64,000 bases of DNA from Amoebidium appalachense (taxonomy: Eukaryota > Protista > Ichthyosporea), in contig CAVNZM010000003.1 in assembly GCA_963693365.1 (NCBI GenBank), positions 7,931,312 through 7,995,311 on the forward strand, given 5' to 3'. Of this stretch, positions 10,709 through 22,179 are shown piece by piece; the stretch's first letter is position 1; the number at the start of each line of letters is the position of its first letter. The position numbers and the translations under genes were made by a program. Below the pieces are notes generated by a model. It worked only from the letters and a program-made list of their open reading frames with translations, did not search any database and was not told the origin of the DNA.

Positions 10709-11442
10709 TTCACCTCCTGTATTACATCGGTGCTGCTCGGGGTGAGGGCGAGGTACCTCCGGATATAGGCGGTCACCCTTAGTACCCCCCCTCCCCCCGG
10801 CACACCAATGCCCCCGGGCAATTCCTGATGAGTTAGTGCATGTATGTGGGGGGCCAGGTCTGTGGCCACCCTGCCCCCCACGGTGTTGGTTAACCCGTCA
10901 GATCCACGGGTTAGACCAACACCCTCCCCCCCTGCCTGCACATTCTCACACCCGGGGTGACCCTCCTTCCTCTTGGGGGTCGGGGGAGTGGGACCGGTGC
11001 TGTCCCGGTCCCCCCCCCCATCGTGTCGGGTGACATTTTGGTGGCTAACGTTAAATAAAGTTGTTCCCCCTCCTCCTGAGTCACCCTTCGAGCCGGCATC
11101 CTCCTTTTGGGTAATAAGAGAGACCTCTATACTACCAATCTCATTAGTGAAACTACCGACGGAAACACCTGACCTAATCACTATAGGCTCGATGCCCGGA
11201 TTCACTAATTCTATTTCTATTGTCTTATCCGGCCATACCCTACTAAGGGTCCATTGGGCCACCTCCTGAAATGGGGTTTTCGGAGTAAAAACCCCTAAAT
11301 CCCCTATCCTAACATGATTGCCGGCCCGGACACGTACCGTTTGGCACTGATAAGGCTCGATTACTACTTCAGCTACCGTTCTAGCACCAGACTGATAACC
11401 GTCGAGCCCATCATGGGTTTTAATTTTAACGCCGGACTGCAA
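10702..11442 (-). CDS. Pol spacer between PR and RT with a degenerate dUTPase-like beta-clip segment and a Gly/Pro-rich linker
   Basis: VVIEPYQCQTVRV...IEIELVNPGIEPIVIRSGVSVGSF follows the pattern of dUTPase-like ends (I.L.N....P..I..G..V). The catalytic motifs are not recognisable. Confidence 0.55.
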   Translation of the reverse strand: MQSGVKIKTHDGLDGYQSGARTVAEVVIEPYQCQTVRVRAGNHVRIGDLGVFTPKTPFQEVAQWTLSRVWPDKTIEIELVNPGIEPIVIRSGVSVGSFTNEIGSIEVSLITQKEDAGSKGDSGGGGTTLFNVSHQNVTRHDGGGDRDSTGPTPPTPKRKEGHPGCENVQAGGEGVGLTRGSDGLTNTVGGRVATDLAPHIHALTHQELPGGIGVPGGGGVLRVTAYIRRYLALTPSSTDVIQEVKC

Positions 11443-11461
11443 TTCTAAAACATTCGTACGT

Positions 11462-11911
11462 TCAACTTAACAAAGCATTCACATGTCTACGGAAAAATGG
11501 GGCTCCCAACAAAACACTTTGGGCTAAATCCTTAACCACATAACAAGCAACATGCATAGCCTGGCCACCTATCTCACACGGCAACACACAAACACCTTCC
11601 ACAGACATACTACTATTATTAGCACTACCTAAGGCTGTGCTAGAAGCATCTAAAATAGGAATTTCCCCCCCGGCCTGATTAAAACGACGAATAAACGAAG
11701 CATGCACACAATTAACCTGAGCCCCTCCATCGAGCAAAGCAACAGCCTTCAACTTACCATCAGCTAACCATACGTCTATATAATGCCGGCTAAAACCAAC
11801 TAAATCCTCCTCCAATTCAAGCAACACATCATCACTCACACCCAATCCCTGCCCACGAAGACTCACACCCTCGATACCTACGTGCAACATACCTACCTGT
11901 GGTGCCTGCAC
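11462..11911 (-). CDS. Gypsy aspartic protease (pol segment)
   Basis: AVALLDGGAQVNCV and VLLGAPFF retropepsin motifs. Confidence 0.9.
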   Translation of the reverse strand: MQAPQVGMLHVGIEGVSLRGQGLGVSDDVLLELEEDLVGFSRHYIDVWLADGKLKAVALLDGGAQVNCVHASFIRRFNQAGGEIPILDASSTALGSANNSSMSVEGVCVLPCEIGGQAMHVACYVVKDLAQSVLLGAPFFRRHVNALLS

Positions 11912-12474
11912 GGGTGGGGTGGGGTGTGTATGTGGTGTGGGTGGTGGTGGAGTGTGTGTGTGTGATGTGTGGGTGGGTGGTGTGTGTGTGTTTGGTGTAT
12001 GTGTGGGTGTGTGTGTGGGTGTAGGTGTGTCTGCAACCGTCGTATGTTGTTGTGGTGGTGTGTTTCTACGTGTCTGTGCCTTCCCCCCCTTCCCCTTTTA
12101 CTCGTGTGTGTCCCCCCCCCTCCCGGAAACAATGGCACAGAAACCCCCTCCGGTGTGGTTAGAATAAACACCGGGTTGGGACAAGAAACACTGAGACCAT
12201 CCACTTGTGGCTGGGGAACCTCCCCCAACCACAAAACATTCACACCATTCATACCTTTGGTAGAGTCACCCCACAAACATTCATGCCATACCACCTCGAC
12301 GCTGTCTTGAGGACCCACGACGATGCCCGGCTCCCACACGTATCGGGGCGGTGAGGGGGCAAAGGGAAGCTTAACCTGGGGTGGGGGAGGGTGAAGGTTC
12401 TCTGCAACCTGGGGGGGACCGATACTGTCCCCCCCCCCTCCCTCAGTGACCCCAGCTTCCCCCTCCCCCGGAAC

Positions 12475-13809
12475 TCAATAGCTCTTGTAACTACGGCAAT
12501 ATGCAGCAGAGTGCCCTTGCCGGCCACAAAAGTAACATGCACCAAAGAAGGGGCCAGGGGGGACTTCAAAACCTTGGCGCAAAGCATAACCGGGAGCCCG
12601 GTCATGCTGGGGGGGCCCACCGTGTGCACCACGGCCCCCCCTTCCCCCCTGCCCCCCTCGGCCTCTCTCACCACCATTTCCACCCCTCCCTCTACCCTGC
12701 CCACTACCACGAGCAAGATAAGGGGCAAACCTCTCGGTGAACTGCTGCTGTTGTCCTCCACGTCCCCCTCGGCCACGACCGCCGTGTCCACCCCGGTCGC
12801 CGCCACGGCCACCCCGGAAGCCGAAGCCCCCTCGGCCAGAGAAGACGGCCTGGGAGAGCTCGGCAACCTGCTTGACCAACATGGTGAGTGCATCTGGCTG
12901 TTCACCCTCTTTTTTCTCTTTTTCCCCCTTCTGTCCACTCTCCTTCTTTTTCTTGTCTACTTCCATCACCTCCTTTTTATCCCTCTTATTGAACTTCACC
13001 TCGTGCATGGCAAGCAAGTGACGTTTAACATGCAACACCACCTCATCTACATCATCATGCTCCCCAAACATGCGTGCAGTGTCTGTGTTTACAGAGAGAG
13101 CCTTACGAGCAAACTCGAATTTTTCCCTATCACTCACATCACCAGCTAACTCACAAAGGTCTTCAAAGACCCGATATTCCCTCTCAAAGAATGCACGAGC
13201 TTCTACGGGGGACATATCTAAAGTGGGAAAGGTATACTTCCATTCTCTGAGCTGGGCCCGGAAGGTACGGCGCCGGTCGGCCGTCAGGTATCGGCCGACG
13301 AGCCGGGCCGTATACTCGAGCTCGTTTTCCGGCCGTGTGAAGGCCTCGAGCTCCCCGTCCACATCGTCGGTGCTGTTCTCGTCCTCGTCGTCGGGGATGA
13401 ACCGTGCGGCCAGACGTTTCTGGCCGAGTGTCCGGGACACCATCTCGTCCCTCCCCTCGTCGTACTGCTGCTCGTATATACGAGCCGTCACCTGGGGGGC
13501 CTGCTCGGCCCGGTACGGGTGCTCCTCCATCAGTGTGCATAAGTCGGCCATTGTTTTGTGGTCGATGCACTGTTTGATCATTAAGCACGAGGCCGCCACA
13601 GTGGGGGCCTTCTTTGTGTCTAACACTAGTGTGGGTGTGTTAGCTAGGAGTGTCCTAAGCCACCTAGGTATTTCCGAGTCGTGTTTGAGTGTAAAACTGA
13701 AAGCTGTGGTCTGTCTAACGTCTAGTGTATGAACCTGTGGTACCTGTGTGTGCAGGGAGCTATCCTCCGCTGCCAATGCGTAGAACATGTCTACGTTAAA
13801 CTTAGCCAT
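12475..13809 (-). CDS. Gypsy Gag, 444 aa, with an RGG-rich region and CCHC zinc knuckle
   Basis: Intact ATG-to-stop ORF downstream of the 5' LTR; CYFCGRQGHSAAYC. Confidence 0.9.
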   Translation of the reverse strand: MAKFNVDMFYALAAEDSSLHTQVPQVHTLDVRQTTAFSFTLKHDSEIPRWLRTLLANTPTLVLDTKKAPTVAASCLMIKQCIDHKTMADLCTLMEEHPYRAEQAPQVTARIYEQQYDEGRDEMVSRTLGQKRLAARFIPDDEDENSTDDVDGELEAFTRPENELEYTARLVGRYLTADRRRTFRAQLREWKYTFPTLDMSPVEARAFFEREYRVFEDLCELAGDVSDREKFEFARKALSVNTDTARMFGEHDDVDEVVLHVKRHLLAMHEVKFNKRDKKEVMEVDKKKKESGQKGEKEKKEGEQPDALTMLVKQVAELSQAVFSGRGGFGFRGGRGGDRGGHGGRGRGGRGGQQQQFTERFAPYLARGSGQGRGRGGNGGERGRGGQGGRGGRGAHGGPPQHDRAPGYALRQGFEVPPGPFFGACYFCGRQGHSAAYCRSYKSY

Positions 13810-13966
13810 TGTGTGGTGTGTGCCCTAACTCGTGTGGTTGTGTTTATGTTTTTTTTTTTTTTTTTTTTTTTTTTTTTCTGTGTGTTTGAGGTGTAGCAAC
13901 AGCCCAGAAGGAACTGTCACCGCGTTACCCTAGCGCGAAAAACCGCACTAAAAGAAAGGTGTAGCT

Positions 13967-14689
13967 TGTCGTATCCTAATGTATGTGTACTAGAGACGCG
14001 GCACTCTACTAAGTGTACACACACGAAAAGGAACGAACGTGTACGAAAAACGGTAAAGTTTATTAAGACCAGGCTCCGACGGGCAAACTTAGATCCGTAC
14101 GGATTGAGTCTAAGTTACGACTGAGGCCATCAAGGCCGTGCCCTACAAGATCATCATCACCTGGCCCCCTACGATGCCACATTCCATTAACATTCCGATC
14201 TACTTTTATCGTGCGCCTGCACGAGCTAAGTCGATCTACTCAACTAATATATTTATGCAAGTCTCACCCCTCACCCTCCCCCTAGTGGCACCGCAGAGTC
14301 TAAATCTACATTTCATACTATCCTCCCCCCCCTCCCTCCCCCCCTTTCCTCTACATCTACATATATAAATACGTTTGGCAACATATGCTATCAAACCTTG
14401 CCAATCCTTACAAAAGGGCTTCTGCCCGAACAATCACATTCCTAAGTCCTCCTACGATCTATCCTACACACTAATTAGAATTCTATTGGACGGCTGTCCC
14501 GGCTGACGTGGTCCAATGCCCTGCGCCGGCAGAGGCAAGATGATGCACGCAGCTGCACAGCTATCTTGAGGCCCCGGACTTGATCTTGATGATCTGTGAC
14601 CCGGGCCACCCCCCCCCCCCCCCCCCCCCCCCCCCCCGAATCTCGATCGTAGACTTAGGCTAATCTGCTGAGACGGATTAGTATATGTC

Positions 14690-14690
<1 letters not shown>
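13967..14690 (-). repeat. 5' LTR of the gypsy element
   Basis: TG...CA termini on the minus strand, TATA-like and AATAAA motifs, near-identical to the 3' LTR. Confidence 0.96.
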
Positions 14691-14771
<81 letters not shown>

Positions 14772-15086
14772 ACGTGTGGGCGTGTGTGCTGGTGTGAATT
14801 TTCGGTCTGTGCGTACTTTCGAGAGCCTGACACAGGAATCGGCAAATACTCCTAAGAAAAATATGTGGGTGTGCGTGTGTGATGTTGGTGGTGGTGCCTG
14901 GGGGAGGGGGAGGGAGGGGGGGGGGGGAGGGGAGGGATGCTATCATGATGAAAGGAGCATGGTACGAAACACAACTGCAGAACGGGAATACGAACACACA
15001 GAGATGTTGTGTCACAGGTAAAACAGACCTTAGCCCCCTGCCCCTATCATCTGGGTTCCAAAGTCTCCCTTTTCCCACCATTTTTT

Positions 15087-15128
<42 letters not shown>

Positions 15129-16787
15129 AAGGGAGAGGACTGGCGGACGGGGGGGGGGGGGGGGGGGTTTACCTTCATGATGACAGCAACCTGGGCATAC
15201 GGGTGTGGGATGGCTGTAGGGTAAACCTTGGCCATTTGACTGCCTTACATAATAGGACAAGCGCACATTCACGAGGGACAACACAAAGCTGATTGCAAAG
15301 CACAAATGAAAGATTCATTATGTGCAGAGCCCATCCTCAGGGAAGGGGAAGGGAGGGCGGTGGAGAGGGGTTTCAATAAGCTATGCACATGCAGTGTGGA
15401 GGAGAGGGATATTTAAGGACTGAGGGCTACAGGAAAAAGGGCCTCCGAGCTGGGGATTAAGAGGGGGGAGAGGGTTGGGGGGAGAGAGGGGCTAGGTGTA
15501 TTCCCTGGGTGATGCAGTGCGGGATGTAGCAGTATTATGTATGAATAAAGGCGTGACTGCGAATGCAAAAAATACACAGCCCATCCTTGCAAGCTGGAGG
15601 GAGCGAGGTGTAAGTGTCCAGTTGTGAGAGAGAAGGGAGGGGGGGAGGGGGAAGGGAGGGGAGGGGAAGGATGGAGAGAGGAGGGGGAGGAGGGGGGGAA
15701 GGGGGCGCGGGGGTATCCGCAAGAAATTTTTGTAAGAGAGAAAGAAAAACCCGAACATGCATGCGAAAGCTTGCTAAATACATATTTGTGCCCCAAGTAT
15801 CAGTCGTTGGCACCGGACCAGCACAGGGAATGGTGCCCATCACAGCATGGGACTTAGGGTGCCCTTCGACTGTGCCTCTGCGAGGTGTACGATAAGCGGG
15901 GACAAGCAATGTCACAATTAGTCTTCTTGTATCCGCGCGCTCTGTGATGCTCTGGTTTTGGACCAGGGGGTTGACTATTCCTGGTCGTCCAGGCTGCCCA
16001 AGAAAGCCCAAAACGACGCAATTGTCCGCGTGAGCTTTCAAAAGCTTTATTGTACACGGTCTCACTGTTCCATAGCTACACTAAGACTTAGCCTCTGTAG
16101 TGCTTTCTGCCATGGAAGATTGTCAAGCCTCCCCGAGACAAGACAACGAAAAAGTTACTGCAAACTTTGAGTGACGAAGGTGGCGGGCGGCCCGGGCCGG
16201 GGTTGACATATTTCCTAGATCCGGGTCAGATTCGTTCCAATCACAATGCGCAAAAAGAAGTGGGGCAAATTCCTAATTTATTGAATCAAATAACTGGATG
16301 ATCACTATTTCAATCGCTGTACATTCTTAGCACTCACCGACAGCGACGCGATACTACAGCCTAATACAGCTCTCTTATTCCTGTATGAACATCTATAGAA
16401 GTAATATGATTCAACCTTTCTACTTTTAACATACTATATTCTGCTTTGGCCGGCATATTCATATTCATGTGCCGCACATGGCGCCGCCCGTCACCCTTAC
16501 GCGTCTTACCAAGGTTGTAACACCGGGAAGTCCAAATGAACCATTCCACATTGCTTCGCTCCCTCCGCTATTCCTACGGTGTACACCGTGCACAACGCTC
16601 GGAAAGGTCGGCACTCGCACCTTGGAGATAAGACGGAGGTTCTACCGGAGGCCCAAAACGTTTCAAAACTACCTGTACACGTGCGTGTTTGCGTGTACCG
16701 CATCAACCCGTGTCTCTGTGTGGTGCACGTATATACCCTCAAGCCACCAACACAAACACGTCATCATCACACACACCCATCTCGAAA

Positions 16788-19046
16788 ATGAGGTTCCTGA
16801 GTACATTCGCAGCATTTGCTGTGTTCGCCCTCGCTCACGCACAGACCCAACCGGCGGAGCCCACCGGTGTAACCACGTCGGCAGCGCCAAATGTTGTCGC
16901 CCCTGCCCCGCCTGCAGAGACCACGTCAGTGGCAGCTAAACCCACCTCCGCTTCTCAGGCGGTGAGCAGCTCAGCTGTAAGTTCACCCCCATTCAACAGG
17001 TCATGCATGCAGTGGTATCTTGGTGTGTTGTTGTCCACGTGCTTTCGTCTTCGATGAGTTTATCTCGCTCCTTACCGGAGATTCACAGGTTTGCTGTCAT
17101 GTGCTTGCGCTTCACGTGTGTTTTGATCCATGAGGTAGTCTTTCTGGGCTTGCTAGGGCCTGGGCTAAGATTTGGCTTTTGCACGCTGCTTACAAGGGGA
17201 GAATCGAGAAGCCTGCGATACACATCCTGCAGCATATTCTGATAGTGCTTGAATATAATAAGTGCCGTTCACCGACCGAAGCTTACTTATATATCAGAAG
17301 TCAATGTCCCGACGTGCATGCATACATACATCTTGCTAGCAGATAGTGTTACAGACCACCAAACTGCACAACGTCCTTGCCACACTAGCAGACCCAATTA
17401 GATGTCTTGCTGCATCCGCTCTTAAAGATCCATGCTGCTTTTCTCAAGATTGTGTACGCAGCACATGCACCCGCCACGGTGGAGTGTCTTATAATTCTTG
17501 TTTTTGGTTTTTTCAACCCTGTTGCTTTGTGTGCAGCCTTGAAGGCTCGAACTTAGCTGGTTGGTGGGAAAACGATAATGATTTCGTGCCACTATTCCTG
17601 TTACCGAGTCTTCTCTCAATGGGCGACATGTGATATGTAACTTTGAGAGCTTAACAAGTTCATAACCGGGCATTGTATGATAGATTAGAAATAAGTTGCA
17701 TACCCCTCAAAGTGTGGTTTGCCTCCTGCCATTGTGTAGTCCGTTCCTGTGTATGTCGTACTCTATAACACCTTCTGGACCCGCATGTTCCGTATGCTGT
17801 GTTTCGTTGTCTCTCATACATACTGTGATATGCCTGTGTACTCCTTGCCGCACTCTATGCTGTATTCTCATCAACACCCCCCCCCCCCCCCCACCCCCCC
17901 CTCCTCCCCCTTCTCCTCCTCCCAACCTCCCTCTTTCCCTCCCCCCACCCCAGGCACCCAGCAACAAGACCGTTAAGCAGCAGCTTCAAGACATCGTCAA
18001 ACTGCAGACGCAAGTCAACGAATTGTGGAAGGCCACAAATGCGCATCTTGCCCCCCTCCAGAAGAATGTGACAGCTAGTGCTGCCAAACTGAGCACAGAC
18101 CTGCAGGCAGCCATCAAGGCAATGAAGAATCAGACGGAGGCAAAGGTCAAAGAGCTGCAGGCTCAGGTCAAGGCTCTGAATGACAAGTATGCATCACCCC
18201 CCCCCCCTCCCCCCCTCCCCCCCCCTCCCCCCCCCCCCCCCCGGGACCCACCCACCCACCCCACCCCCTCTCCTTCTCCCCTCTTTTTGATGCCTGCTCT
18301 CTCTGTGTGTGTGTATGTGCGTGTGTGTGTCAGGCTTTTGTGTAGAATATCATCATCACCAAGACTATGTACAGTCGTGATTGTGTGCTTTCCTGCGCCG
18401 ACTCTGCTCACGGTGCATACTCGTGGCAGTTGTGCATGTGTGTAATTCATGCCTCGTGTGCTACTTACTTGTTCTGTCCTGGGCACTGGATCGTGATCAT
18501 TCTCCCCCGCTCTCTTTCTCTCTCTCGCTCTCCTCTCGAAACCCCCCCCCCCCTCCCCTTCATCCAAGATTGAGGTTGTGGGGTATCCACGCCAACACCA
18601 ATCGCCACATAGTGCACAGATACCTCCGATCCTACTAAACTTGACACTCACAATCCCTTTTTCACCACAGATACCTCAAGGACGTTGAAGCCAAGATCAA
18701 CGAAACCAACACCCTCCGTGAAGCCCTTCTCGGCAGCTTCAAAAACGTCTCCGAGTCCTCCCTCGCACCGCTCAAAGCCCGTCTTGATGAGCTTGCAGCA
18801 CAGAGAAAAGTTCTCGAAAAGCAGCTTCTCGAGACTCAGTTCGCAAGTGCAGTTCAGATCGTCAGTGGAGGTGCACCCCGGCCACTCAACGGCACTACCG
18901 CCACCACGACGTCAAAGCCTGTCGCCACTATTACCAACACGGCTGGGGCTAATGTGTCGAAGGTTGCCGAGAGTGTATCCCCCGTTGTTTTGGCTGCGAT
19001 TCCCACCGTGGCTCCAGTGGTATCCCAGTCTGCGACCAAGGCGTAA
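16788..19046 (+). CDS. Secreted coiled-coil glycoprotein A, unknown function (~260 aa; exons 16788-16961, 17954-18186, 18671-19046)
   Basis: Signal peptide MRFLSTFAAFAVFALAHA, then a P/T/A linker, a heptad-rich helical core (LQDIVKLQTQVNEL...LKARLDELAAQRKVLEKQL) and a T/A/V/P tail. GT-AG introns keep the frame. Seven NxS/T sequons. Confidence 0.85.
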
Positions 19047-19113
19047 CGGATTGGTGGTTTAAGGTTCTTTAATGGGTTGTGATGAATCGGTTTGTAGTGT
19101 ACTATAATTGGTC

Positions 19114-19161
<48 letters not shown>

Positions 19162-19889
19162 ATATACAAGTGCTTAATATGATATAGCCGCTTGAACAAA
19201 GAGGAGCAATAAGGACAGGTAACTTAAACAGATTTACTTCAAGACTCAAATGTATTATGGGCTGGTGCAGTAATAATGAAATGGTCCAAAATAGCAAAAT
19301 GGTCCAAACCAAAGAATATGATAAATTTATTTTTAAAAATAATAAAGCGGTCCCGCCCTAATTCAACACGATCCCCCCCGTTGTGTTTAAATGCACCATG
19401 CTTTAATATCAGAACCTGCCGGCCTGCCTGCTTCTTTATATACAGTATTAGCTAAGCATACGCGCTCAAATCTACTGCACCCCACCATATCTGTGTGCCA
19501 TCCAGGGGCGATGAACCTTCTCTCAGTCTGCGCTCTGTGTGTACACGTGCAGATTTTTTTTGGGTTCTTTTGTACAGAGACATGACTAACTAAAGCTTGC
19601 CTCAATTATGTATATGAAAGCCCTGAATGGTGTATTCTCATGTGTGCATGTGCCGTGAGGTTGTACACATGGCAGCTATTGTGCGGAAACTTGCTCTGAA
19701 GCGAGGGCTCGCAACCGTTGATACCACCGTGACCGTGTGTGCCTGTGTACGTGCCTGTCACAGCTATGTGGTGAATTTCAAAGTGTTGGTAACCCAATGG
19801 TGTGGCATAATTGTTCAGTATTTTGAGCTTAGTGTTTTGATAAAGTTTTCTCCTTTTTTTTCCCCTTCTTTTCTATATTTTCTTTTCTT

Positions 19890-19923
<34 letters not shown>

Positions 19924-19946
19924 CGTTTCTTTTTTTTCGCCCTCGC

Positions 19947-20015
<69 letters not shown>

Positions 20016-21085
20016 ATACACATGTTTTCGGTGAGTGATTGTTGTGTATGTTTACGTGTGTGTGTGTGTGCCGGCGGCGGGGGGGGGGGGGGGAGATTCT
20101 TTCTAGAGGGAAGGGTGACAAGGGGGGTGGGGGGTGGGGGGTGGGGAAGGGGGGAGGGGGGGGGGGGGGGGAGGAGGGGGGAGACTTGGAGGATCTGATT
20201 CGAAGCTATCCAAGCCGCGGCGCAACCGTGTTGTGTTCCTGTGCGAGAGATGGTCAAATATGCATGAATGTCTTGCCACATCGAAATATATTTGTAGTTG
20301 GATGTTACGGTCTTTGGCAAACCGCAAAGAAGCCGGACGCGCCATGGTGCTTGTGCGGGAATGATTAAAAGCGTGCCATGCATGTATGTAGCGCAACATT
20401 TGTTGGTGTTTACTGGCAAACAGTTTAGACAGCGAAATGCACACGAACCGTGTGACATCTTGATACACATGTATGGTTCACTCAGTGCACTGGCACCAGA
20501 CACACAAGACAGCGCCACACACACGTCAAGATACGTAGCGATCTGGACTATTACGTGAACTCATACACGAGTATAACGACATGTGCATGTGTACTACTAC
20601 TAGAACACAAACTACATGCACATATAATACACAGAAAAACGAAAAGCACAAGTCAACTTCCACCAGGCACACAAGACAAACTCCTCTCTCAATAGGCACA
20701 CTGTGCATGCACAAGAATACATAGCACAACGGAGCATCTGAGTTACAATACAAGCGACCCTTTTGCCCGGAAAGGAGTTGTGCAGTGCACAAGTGAAATA
20801 TTTATTTTCTAGTGTCGTTGGTGCCCAGCTACTTCACATCATATTTTGTTATTCATTTTTCACCCAGTTACTGTTACTGGTATATATTATCAAAGTTTTC
20901 CATATCTTATGTCATTATGTTGAGGCCTTGCAGAGCATACATGTCTCAATGAACAAAAACTCCAGCAAAGTGCCTTGATCCACAGGGCAAAGAGAGTGCT
21001 TATAAGCGCACACACACCACACACTCCATCATCCAAACCACCCACACGCCATCACCATTACATTAACCCACACTACATTCGGAAT

Positions 21086-22179
21086 TTAAGCGTTCTGGAT
21101 GCCAGTTGGTGCAGGTGCCGCTGGGGCGGGGGCAGAGGGGGCAGCGGGGGCAGGGGCAGAGGGAGCGGCGGCGGGGGCAGAAGCACTGGCCTTAGCAACC
21201 ACAGAGTCAACGACCTTGTCTGCGTTTTGGATCACGGCGGCAGCCTGACCGATGGCCTTCTCGTCCTTTGTTACGGTCTGGGCCACGGTCTGCTGAATGT
21301 CCTGAAGTTTCTCGACCTTGTCCTTGAGAACCTCGACGGTCGCGGCGACCTGTGCATTAACGGCTTTCTTGGCGGCTTCAACGGTGGTGTTGTATTGGGC
21401 ACGAAGCTGATCGTTCTTAGCGTCGAGCTTAGCGGCGGTGACTGTGTAGTTGTTCTTGGTGGCTTCAATCTCCTTGGTCAGGGTGGCGATCTTTGCCTGG
21501 GCTTCCTTGTATGCCTGGGTCAGGGCAGCGTTGTTGGCGGCAATCTGGCTGTTGGTCTGGTTGGCAATGGTCTTCAGCTGCGCCTCTGCCTGGTTGGGGA
21601 TGGACTCTGCCTTGGCTTTGAGTGTTTGGATTTCCTTGACCACAGCGGCACCGGCGGTCTGGGCCTGGGTGGCAACGGCTGCCTCCTCCTTCTTTGCTCC
21701 TTCGATGACGGTGGCTGCTGCCTTCAGAGCATTGGCCTGTTGAAAAAGAAGACATTAAGTACATGTGACTAATCTCAAGAATGAATCCAGACTCAATGAA
21801 ATGTTCAAGCATTCCTCTCCAGAACCATCTTGGCGAACACTCGAAAGAAAAAGAGACGCAAGAAGAGTATGGGCTCTAGGAACTGGGTGAATGAAAGAAC
21901 TGTTTTTCAGAGAGGGAGAAAGGCAAACTGTTGCGCATGCGTAACACACCCCCCAGTAAAACCTTCACTCCCAGAGCTCCCACGCACACTCCCACACACG
22001 CTCGTGCTTGTTCTTCAACTCACCTCTGCAACAGGGCCGGCACCGACTTTAGCGGCGGCAGGTGCAACCTTAGACTCAAGGGCCTTCTCCTTGGCAAGCA
22101 GAGCGGAAACCTGGTCTGAGCTTACGGTCGCGGCGTGTGCGGCGGACGCGGCAATAGCGAGGTAGCAAAGGAACTTCAT
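21086..22179 (-). CDS. Secreted Ala/Lys-rich amphipathic helical protein B, unknown function (~268 aa; exons 22179-22024, 21736-21086)
   Basis: Signal peptide MKFLCYLAIAASAAHA, phase-0 GT-AG intron, long A/K/Q/E helical region, C-terminal APAAPSAP repeats, strong GC3 codon bias. Confidence 0.88.

Larger units (their letters stand above)
5600..14690 (-). mobile_element. Full-length chromodomain-containing Ty3/gypsy LTR retrotransposon (chromovirus-like), inserted in a (GT)n microsatellite
   Basis: Near-identical ~720-bp TG...CA LTRs, gag-PR-RT-RH-IN-chromodomain order and a PPT. (GT)n lies on both flanks. Frameshifts are mostly at poly-G runs. Confidence 0.97.

Noticed and set aside
6028-14368. 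Three copies of the MPYKIIITWPP... ORF
   Set aside because: GTG-initiated antisense frames inside the LTR copies, with variable C-termini; they recur only because the LTR is repeated.
20975-21772. 265-aa plus-strand ORF
   Set aside because: Antisense shadow of the GC3-biased gene B exon 2.
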